Below are positions 57,779 through 64,000 of a stretch of 64,000 nt of DNA, piece by piece. The stretch's first letter is position 1, and each line of letters begins with the position of its first letter. The stretch comes from a virus. Taxonomy: Duplodnaviria > Caudoviricetes. The notes under the pieces are model-generated. The model did no database searches. It was not told the DNA's origin and saw only the letters and a list, made by a program, of their open reading frames with translations. Position numbers and translations under genes: made by a program. The stretch lies in IMG/VR virus record IMGVR_UViG_3300021387_001147, positions 1 through 64,000 of that record; one strand, 5' to 3'.

Positions 57779-58623
57779 ATATCGGACGGATATTTAAATC
57801 AGCTATCAGATCGGCGAAAGATCATTCAGGTACTATCTGTGCTGTTACTGCTATGGCTGGCGTTGTAGCTACTGCTATTTTTTCAGGTAAGGCAGCTGTA
57901 AGGGCTGATCACGAAATTGATTGCGATATGACAAGAAAAGAGCGAGCCAAAGTATACGCCAGATGTTACTGGAAGACCGCAGCTGTTGGTGCTGCTACAT
58001 GTGGACTTATATTTGGCAGCGATAGAATTCATGTGAGAAAAGAAGTTGGGCTTGCTGGTCTTGCAGCACTCTGGAAAAGCAAGTATGTAGATCTTGATAA
58101 GGCAACACTTGAGACTGTTGGAGAGGAGAAGTATAAGGAGATTCAGAAGACAGTTATCGAGAACAAGATCAAAGAGAACCCGAATATTCCTGAGAGACCT
58201 GCAAACGCAACTGCTGATACGATTCTTGTGTATGAACCGTATACAGATCAGTATATTTGGACGACAAGAGAGCAAATCTGGTATGCACTTTATGAAGCTA
58301 ACTTAAGACTTCAAAAGGATGGTGAAGTTAAGCTGTCTGTTATCATCGATTATCTCGGTGGTGAATGGGATCCGATGGGAGACATGATAGGTTGGAATTA
58401 CGATAACGAAGTCCAGGCAGAAGCATGGAGCTATTATGATGGAGGAATTGAATTGCTTTCAGATGTGTATAGAAGGGTCGAGGACAAAGGTGAACCAATA
58501 CCGACTTCATATGTAAAGAAAGGCGACCAAGTAAGTCCTGGTGATGCAATTTGCCTATTCTATACTGTTGATCCGGAGACTCAGACGCCAGAAGATATGA
58601 TCTATTTTGATAATGATAAGTAA
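57775..58623 (+). CDS. DUF6353-like membrane protein
   Basis: DHSGTICAV..AGVVATAIF..AA; ..YEPYT.QY..L...G.V.LS..LG..G..GW. Confidence 0.6.
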   Translation: MNIGRIFKSAIRSAKDHSGTICAVTAMAGVVATAIFSGKAAVRADHEIDCDMTRKERAKVYARCYWKTAAVGAATCGLIFGSDRIHVRKEVGLAGLAALWKSKYVDLDKATLETVGEEKYKEIQKTVIENKIKENPNIPERPANATADTILVYEPYTDQYIWTTREQIWYALYEANLRLQKDGEVKLSVIIDYLGGEWDPMGDMIGWNYDNEVQAEAWSYYDGGIELLSDVYRRVEDKGEPIPTSYVKKGDQVSPGDAICLFYTVDPETQTPEDMIYFDNDK

Positions 58624-58638
58624 AGGAGGATTATATGC

Positions 58639-59412
58639 ATGGCAAACTGCTATAAGACCAAGAAAAAGGAAGAACGCAGAGAAAAGTTATATTTGTTTCT
58701 GAGAAAAAACCCCGGGAAGGAATTTTCCTGGAAACAATTGAGTCCAGTCCTTAATGTGAAATACAATGCAATTTGTCGTGATATGGATGCACTCACTGAA
58801 GAATATGGAGATATAGTAAGAACCAGCATTGGGATCATGTACAATGGGAAGATTATCATGGAGGAAAATAAAGACAGGTATCCTATCACGAAGAACAATG
58901 AGGGATATTCTGATCCAACTGCTGCTGCAACACTTATCAAGGAGCAGAAGGAAGAGTCTAGACAGCAGGATCAAAGGAAAGAGATTACTAACCCTAAGCC
59001 AAGTGAAGTCTGGCATGTGGCAAGATCGGATGGCAAGGACGATGATATTCTGTTAGTGCTTGCTGTTGATACTGACAAGAGATTTGCTACATGCTGCCCC
59101 TATTGTATAGAATCTGTAGGTGCTCCTTCTGAATACAATAGGCTTTTCACGAAGCCTCTTAAATACTTCAAAACGAAAGCTTGGGGAATGCCTTTGTCTG
59201 TTATGATTGAGACTCGCAATGCTCTTCGCGAATACTTCGAAATTGATCCTGAACTTATTGAAGTCGAAAAGATCGTAGAGAAGCCTGTTACTGTAGATGC
59301 TCCGGCTGTTACAACTGACAAATTATATTCTCAGCTTGAAATGGATGCTGCAATTGCCAGAGTGAAAGCCGATGCATATGAGGAATGCTTCAAGGCTCTT
59401 GCAAGGAGATAA
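58639..59412 (+). CDS. N-terminal HTH protein
   Basis: FSWKQLSPVLNVKYNAICRDM; KNNEGYSDPTA. Confidence 0.6.
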   Translation: MANCYKTKKKEERREKLYLFLRKNPGKEFSWKQLSPVLNVKYNAICRDMDALTEEYGDIVRTSIGIMYNGKIIMEENKDRYPITKNNEGYSDPTAAATLIKEQKEESRQQDQRKEITNPKPSEVWHVARSDGKDDDILLVLAVDTDKRFATCCPYCIESVGAPSEYNRLFTKPLKYFKTKAWGMPLSVMIETRNALREYFEIDPELIEVEKIVEKPVTVDAPAVTTDKLYSQLEMDAAIARVKADAYEECFKALARR

Positions 59413-59511
59413 TTCGCAAAAATTTCATATCACATAATGAGTCGGAGAAATCCGGCTTTTGTTTTTCATGTAGTTATATCTTTGAAGCTATTATCAAGAA
59501 AGGAGAAAAGG

Positions 59512-60360
59512 ATGAATCTTGGTAAGGTACTAAAATCAACCGGCAAGTCGATACTTGGATTTGCCAATAAGAACTCGCACATCATAAGTGGATGCGCTGC
59601 AATTGCAGGGGTAGCTGTTACGGCTATCCTTGCATATAAGTCATATCCGAAAGTGAATAGAATTATCGAAGATCAGAAAGAAAAGATGGATGAGCTCGAT
59701 GAAGTAGTTAATATTCCGGAAGAAGAGCTCAAGAGATGTCGTCGTGAGATCACTGTTGATACATGTAAGAGTCTTGCTCCAGCACTTGCACCCGCTATCG
59801 TGAGTGGTATTGCTACATGCTCCCTCATGGGATTCTCTATTATATCTGGTAATAAGAAGATTGCGGCTGCTACGAGTCTTGCTGCTTTATACGAAACGGC
59901 AAACAGAGAGATCTTAAACAAGACAAAAGAGCTCGTTGGCGAAGAAAAGGCTGAGGAGATTAGACAGGAGGCACTAAAAGAAGAAGTCAAGAATAAATTC
60001 TGTGATATTTCAGAAGAAGAGATGGAACAGATAATCATGCAGGCAGATGGCGGAGATACCTGGTTCTATGATCCGAATATTGGAAGGCCATTCAAGTCTG
60101 ATGTGGAGACAATTCAAAGAGCTTGCATGAGTCTAACTAAGAGGCTGATTAGTGGTCAGGAACCGTATATAGACTATAATGACTTTCAATCAGCAATAGG
60201 TCTTCCGCAGACAATGTTTGGATCATTGGTGGCATGGGGAGGCACTTCACCAGCACGGGAGATTGAACCGAATCTTAATAACACAATCAGAATTGGTGAA
60301 AAAGCCATGATCATTCTTGATTGGTACACAAGACCGACATCACAATATAGAAATCTCTGA
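59512..60360 (+). CDS. DUF6353-like membrane protein (paralog)
   Basis: KNSHIISG..AGVAVTAILA; FYDPNIGRPFKSD. Confidence 0.65.
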   Translation: MNLGKVLKSTGKSILGFANKNSHIISGCAAIAGVAVTAILAYKSYPKVNRIIEDQKEKMDELDEVVNIPEEELKRCRREITVDTCKSLAPALAPAIVSGIATCSLMGFSIISGNKKIAAATSLAALYETANREILNKTKELVGEEKAEEIRQEALKEEVKNKFCDISEEEMEQIIMQADGGDTWFYDPNIGRPFKSDVETIQRACMSLTKRLISGQEPYIDYNDFQSAIGLPQTMFGSLVAWGGTSPAREIEPNLNNTIRIGEKAMIILDWYTRPTSQYRNL

Positions 60361-60398
60361 ACAGTAGAAATCGTAACGGAAGGGGGTGATTGTATTCT

Positions 60399-60539
60399 AT
60401 GGACTTTTTAAAGTGTCCTAAATGCGGACGTTACATGATCCCCTATATCGTTACGACAGATAAAACGCATTATAGATGTGTATGCGGGTATGATACAGCA
60501 AAGAATAAGATTATATTTTGGAGGTGGATTTTTGACTAG
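60399..60539 (+). CDS. 46-aa Zn-ribbon protein
   Basis: Not in ORF track; KCPKCG..RCVCGY; AGGGGG RBS. Confidence 0.65.
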   Translation: MDFLKCPKCGRYMIPYIVTTDKTHYRCVCGYDTAKNKIIFWRWIFD

Positions 60540-60705
60540 TCTTGGAAATTGGAAAGATCTCGTTGATTTCGTTCAAACACTTCAGAAAGCTGAAAAAGAG
60601 CTTAGAAACAGGAGATTTATTAAGGAAGCTAATGCAGTTAAGGATTCTTACAAGATTATCCTTTTGATAGCCGATGAGATGAATAAGGAGGGAGAGAATG
60701 GCTAA
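60532..60705 (+). CDS. hypothetical
   Basis: GGAGG RBS before TTG. Confidence 0.55.
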   Translation: MTSLGNWKDLVDFVQTLQKAEKELRNRRFIKEANAVKDSYKIILLIADEMNKEGENG

Positions 60706-60871
60706 TTATATTCTGAAGGATGACGACAATAAAGTTGTAGATGAATGCGCTGATTGCGATTACAGCCAGTTCGATTATACATCTAAAAAATGGATCTGTA
60801 TTTCCGATGATCCGTGCGATGCAGCACTTAGCGTTAAGCATATTAAAGAAAACAGAAGGAGGAAAAAGTGA
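60698..60871 (+). CDS. 57-aa Cys-containing protein
   Basis: Not in ORF track; AAGGAGG RBS; CADC..C..PC. Confidence 0.6.
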   Translation: MANYILKDDDNKVVDECADCDYSQFDYTSKKWICISDDPCDAALSVKHIKENRRRKK

Positions 60872-61248
60872 TGGCAGCTACTATCACAGTTGAGAAGAAA
60901 GACGAAAGATCTAAGCTTCAGAAGGCTAAAGACTTCGCTATTAAGTATCGCTATGGTATTATCGGAGGAGCAACGGCCGGAGTATTATATTTCCTGTGGT
61001 TTAAAAGTGGATGGAACACTAAGGCTAAAGTCGATTTGAATATATTCAATGAATCTCTTCCTGCTATTGTCGAGAAAAGTGGACGAATAGGAGCATTCAG
61101 CTTTTATGATTGGATGGCTGAAAGAGTACCGGAGGCATTAAAGCTTTGTGATGAGTTCAGTGACAAGCATCCGGAGCTTTCGAATATTCGTGATTATTTT
61201 ATGAAAAATGAAGAGATTATGAAGACTCTTGAGGTCTGCAAAAAGTAA
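60868..61248 (+). CDS. membrane-anchored paralog family B
   Basis: LQKAKDFAIKY + GIIGGATAGVL. Confidence 0.7.
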   Translation: MMAATITVEKKDERSKLQKAKDFAIKYRYGIIGGATAGVLYFLWFKSGWNTKAKVDLNIFNESLPAIVEKSGRIGAFSFYDWMAERVPEALKLCDEFSDKHPELSNIRDYFMKNEEIMKTLEVCKK

Positions 61249-61312
61249 CTATCGCAAAAATTACACTTGTTATAGTAGAACCTAAAGTTCAACAATTATA
61301 TTTCAGGAGGAA

Positions 61313-61558
61313 ATGAAAATGAACAACGAAGAAAACAAGGTTGTAGAAAACACAGAAGAAACTGTAGAAGAGATCAAAGAAGAAGGAAAATTCAAGAAGG
61401 GCCTTAAGACTGTCTGGAAGTACACGAAGAAAGCTATTCCGGCTGTAGCAGCTGGCGTTGGCTGCTTCGTACTTGGCAGACTCTCAAAAGGGGCTGTTGA
61501 TGTTCCTGATGAGATCAAAGAAGCAGTTGAGACTGTAACCGAGAACGTAACTGAGTGA
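61313..61558 (+). CDS. small membrane-anchored acidic protein
   Basis: Promoter + AGGAGG. Confidence 0.7.
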   Translation: MKMNNEENKVVENTEETVEEIKEEGKFKKGLKTVWKYTKKAIPAVAAGVGCFVLGRLSKGAVDVPDEIKEAVETVTENVTE

Positions 61559-61660
61559 TATTTGATTACAACTGAATATGGAACTATTGGTTTGGTGAAG
61601 ATAAAAGCTTCAGGCAGAAATGTCTGGGGCTTTTGATTTTCTAAATAAGGAGGAATAGAC

Positions 61661-61969
61661 TTGAGTAAAGATTATATTTCATTGATTAGCTTTTCAGTAA
61701 TGATGTGCGGTGGTGTAGCGCTTAGAGATATCACAAATAGGACTATGAAGGAGCTTCCTCACTCGCATGGACTTATGACTATGATTGGAAGATCGGCTAT
61801 TAGAGCAGGTGCATTCGTAACTGGTGCTAAGATTGCAGCTATTGGAGTGAAGTTCGTAGAAGAGATCACCGATTCATATGGCAGGAAGATCAAAGATAAA
61901 ACAGAGGATTCCGTTGAGGTAGTTGAGGAAGAAGAGAATAAGGAGGAAGACAATGGAAGGGCAGAATGA
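61661..61969 (+). CDS. membrane-associated protein
   Basis: AAGGAGG RBS, TTG start. Confidence 0.6.
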   Translation: MSKDYISLISFSVMMCGGVALRDITNRTMKELPHSHGLMTMIGRSAIRAGAFVTGAKIAAIGVKFVEEITDSYGRKIKDKTEDSVEVVEEEENKEEDNGRAE

Positions 61970-62123
61970 GAGAGAAGTATTATATTCTCAGTATTGCAAG
62001 ACCTGCAGACATGTGAATGTACCTGAGACAGAAGATCCGTGTAATGAATGTCTCACGTATCCGTCGAATATAGATTCGCATAAACCTATCAATTACGAGA
62101 AAGGAGCAGCAAACAATGGCTAA
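61923..62123 (+). CDS. Cys-rich protein
   Basis: YCKTCRH..DPCNECL..SHKPINY. Confidence 0.65.
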   Translation: MRKKRIRRKTMEGQNEREVLYSQYCKTCRHVNVPETEDPCNECLTYPSNIDSHKPINYEKGAANNG

Positions 62124-62784
62124 GGACACTAATGGCGACAAGATTGTTACAAAAGACAAAGCTGCTATCACTAAAGGCGTTGAAATTGAGGATTCTGCTC
62201 TCAAGAAAGCTGCCAAACTGTTTTTCGCTGAGGACATTGATCATGTAACAGATTCGATTGTTGATGAGTTTATTAAGCCTCGTACAAAATCATTTGGACT
62301 TGATCTCGTGAAGAAGTTTAAGGAGTTCATGTTCAATTCGCTATCTGATCTGGCTCGTCAACTTATATTTGGAAATGGGCCTAGTAAGAGATCAGATTCG
62401 TATTATAGCGATGGATACACTTCATATACAAAGTATCATTACGGTGAAGACTACTATGGCAATGGATCCAGCTACTACTATAAATCAAATAGTAGCGTAT
62501 CAAAGCCTGATGACAGACCTCGTGATCAGTTGAAAAGAATTGCAATAGAGTCGCTCGGTAAAGCTCAGGAGGTTCTTGATGACTTAAGAACTGAAATCGC
62601 CACTACTGAAAAGCATCAGGTGAGCATTGCCACATATTATCAGCTTGTAAGGACCAGTGTTAACAAGATAGACTTCGAGTATGGATGGAAGAGAGGAATG
62701 CTCGATGGAAACATTCCAATCAGATATGTTGGAAAAGACGGATACTTGATCTGTTTCCCTAAGCCGGTACCACTGGATTCTTAA
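62116..62784 (+). CDS. conserved phage protein (Tyr/Ser-rich linker)
   Basis: KKAAKLFFAED..AQEVLDDL..VSIA.YY.L..D..YGW. Confidence 0.7.
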   Translation: MAKDTNGDKIVTKDKAAITKGVEIEDSALKKAAKLFFAEDIDHVTDSIVDEFIKPRTKSFGLDLVKKFKEFMFNSLSDLARQLIFGNGPSKRSDSYYSDGYTSYTKYHYGEDYYGNGSSYYYKSNSSVSKPDDRPRDQLKRIAIESLGKAQEVLDDLRTEIATTEKHQVSIATYYQLVRTSVNKIDFEYGWKRGMLDGNIPIRYVGKDGYLICFPKPVPLDS

Positions 62785-62820
62785 TTATATTTCAAGTCAG
62801 CTTCGAAGGGGGATGAGGGA

Positions 62821-63033
62821 TTGTTCTTTGTTATAGCAATAGTTTTGTGTCTGTTTTCATTGATTGATTTCGCAGTTGGTAATCATGAGGCTGCCTGGAA
62901 GTTAGTTGTTCTGGGCAGTCTTTCTCTTAATCTTTACTATTTAACTTATATTTTCTTGAGGGTAAGGGAGATCGAGAAATTCATAGAGTTTATGAAGAAA
63001 AAATCCGAGGGGTCAAATTTTGAGCAACTTTAA
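62821..63033 (+). CDS. two-TM protein
   Basis: Hydrophobic; GGGG RBS. Confidence 0.55.
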   Translation: MFFVIAIVLCLFSLIDFAVGNHEAAWKLVVLGSLSLNLYYLTYIFLRVREIEKFIEFMKKKSEGSNFEQL

Positions 63034-63223
63034 TTATCCATTTAATCCAAATGGTCCATGCAGAGAGTGCCACGACAGGCATCCAGCTTGCCATGACAAA
63101 TGTGAAAGTTATATTTCATACAAGAAAGAATACGATAAGAAGCAAAAGAGAATTAGAGCTGACAAGTATCTTCATAGCTTGTCGTTTCCAATGAGCACGC
63201 ATCCAAAACGGAGAGAACTATGA
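63020..63223 (+). CDS. Cys-rich protein (PCRECHDRHPACHDKC..Y)
   Basis: Paralog of 56552 gene. Confidence 0.65.
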   Translation: MSNFNYPFNPNGPCRECHDRHPACHDKCESYISYKKEYDKKQKRIRADKYLHSLSFPMSTHPKRREL

Positions 63224-63381
63224 GTATATTTTTCAAGAGGGGAAAACGAAAACCAATCAAGTATCCATGCAGAAAATGCGTTTACTACTGTGCATGCGGA
63301 GATGGAGGGAGAACCAAAGCATGCGAAGATCGTAAAACTAAAGCAGAACTTCGTGAGGAAGAAAGGAGAAAAATTAAATGA
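63220..63381 (+). CDS. 53-aa basic Cys-rich protein
   Basis: Not in ORF track; YPCRKC..C.C..C; ATGA overlaps at both ends. Confidence 0.6.
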   Translation: MSIFFKRGKRKPIKYPCRKCVYYCACGDGGRTKACEDRKTKAELREEERRKIK

Positions 63382-63914
63382 AGAAACAGATTGAAATTAA
63401 CTTTGACAGTGGCATTGTAGTTGGAGGAGTGAGTCTTTTAGTTTCTGCTGTGTCTATTATATTTGCCGGTAAAGCTTCATCGAAACTTAATCGGTTCAGT
63501 AAGAAGATCGGGATGTCTCTTGAAGATCTGTCAAATAAGACATCGGTTGAGATCACTGAGGAAATGGTGAACCGGTGTACTGAAACAGCTGTACAGAAGG
63601 CTGCGGACAAAGCTGCTAATTCTGTAATTGCTACGATTAGATCCGATGCTGATGCTGTAATTAGTAGCAAAGTACAGGATGCTATTCAGAACCAGTACGA
63701 TAATGTGAAGGACGATGTTACAAGAGAGCTCAGAAAGCAGGTATCCAGGATCAATGTCTCAAGCCTCAAGGCTGAAATCAAGGACAGCGTGAAGAGAGAA
63801 GTTACGGATAGACTTCACAACGAGATGAATGATATTTTGGATAGCTATAACTCGCAGCTTACTGACATCGGTAAGATCTATTCGTCTATTGCTGATAGTA
63901 TGAGTAAGAAGTAA
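63378..63914 (+). CDS. TM + coiled-coil protein
   Basis: N-terminal TM, long helical tail. Confidence 0.7.
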   Translation: MKKQIEINFDSGIVVGGVSLLVSAVSIIFAGKASSKLNRFSKKIGMSLEDLSNKTSVEITEEMVNRCTETAVQKAADKAANSVIATIRSDADAVISSKVQDAIQNQYDNVKDDVTRELRKQVSRINVSSLKAEIKDSVKREVTDRLHNEMNDILDSYNSQLTDIGKIYSSIADSMSKK

Positions 63915-63927
63915 GGAGGGACACGGC

Positions 63928-64000
63928 ATGAGTGAATTACTTAAAGATGTGGTGAATAAAGTCTATAACGGAGACGGAGATGCTGTAATGATTGCCAACT
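63928..64000 (+). CDS. partial ORF at window edge
   Basis: AAGGAGG + ATG; no stop in window. Confidence 0.55.
   Translation, partial: MSELLKDVVNKVYNGDGDAVMIAN

Larger units (their letters stand above)
42111..61280 (+). promoter_or_regulatory. dispersed family (~30 copies) of TTCGCA-N4-(T/A)TACA-N5-TATAAT-like promoters
   Basis: e.g. 42111, 42437, 42657, 46511, 51225, 53064, 53716, 53966, 55463; fixed 14-nt spacing; each directly before an RBS. Confidence 0.85.

Noticed and set aside
42111-61280. CRISPR or mini-CRISPR array
   Set aside because: The repeats are degenerate promoters and terminators separated by whole genes, not constant repeats with 30-40-nt spacers; no cas genes.
33271-64000. 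Complete, active DGR
   Set aside because: No RT ORF ((Y/F)xDD context) and no A-rich template repeat visible in the window.
1-64000. Alternative genetic code or host chromosomal flank
   Set aside because: Genes read at full expected length in code 11, and no housekeeping genes are present.

Overview
The window is about 64 kb of a temperate tailed phage (siphovirus-type) genome. I see no flanking host DNA. The host is probably a Firmicute, inferred from strong GAAAGGAG RBSs, a CW_7 endolysin and a Dp-1-type holin. Layout: left-end IR, terS/HNH, fibre pair, tRNA-like RNA, terL, portal, protease-capsid fusion, neck and tail genes, 2,080-aa tape measure, large tail tip/fibre block, a DGR-type target gene, endolysin, a six-gene unknown module, holin, candidate attP and a tyrosine integrase. 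From about 42 kb a long array of small genes is mostly organised as promoter-RBS-ORF-terminator cassettes. Best leads: (1) a DGR variable repeat with its hairpin and a possible avd stump, but no TR or RT in the window; (2) a tRNA-Leu-like RNA whose anticodon arm is replaced by a multibranch domain with a second T-loop; (3) about 30 copies of a non-canonical TTCGCA-N14-TATAAT promoter, some driving structured non-coding units; (4) strand-specific tandem-GA/GNA mini-hairpins between cassettes; (5) a face-to-face promoter pair with no cI gene; (6) the six-gene coat/exosporium-like module; (7) four paralogs that may be free copies of a phage RNAP domain. All family assignments come from motif recognition by eye. 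No searches were run.
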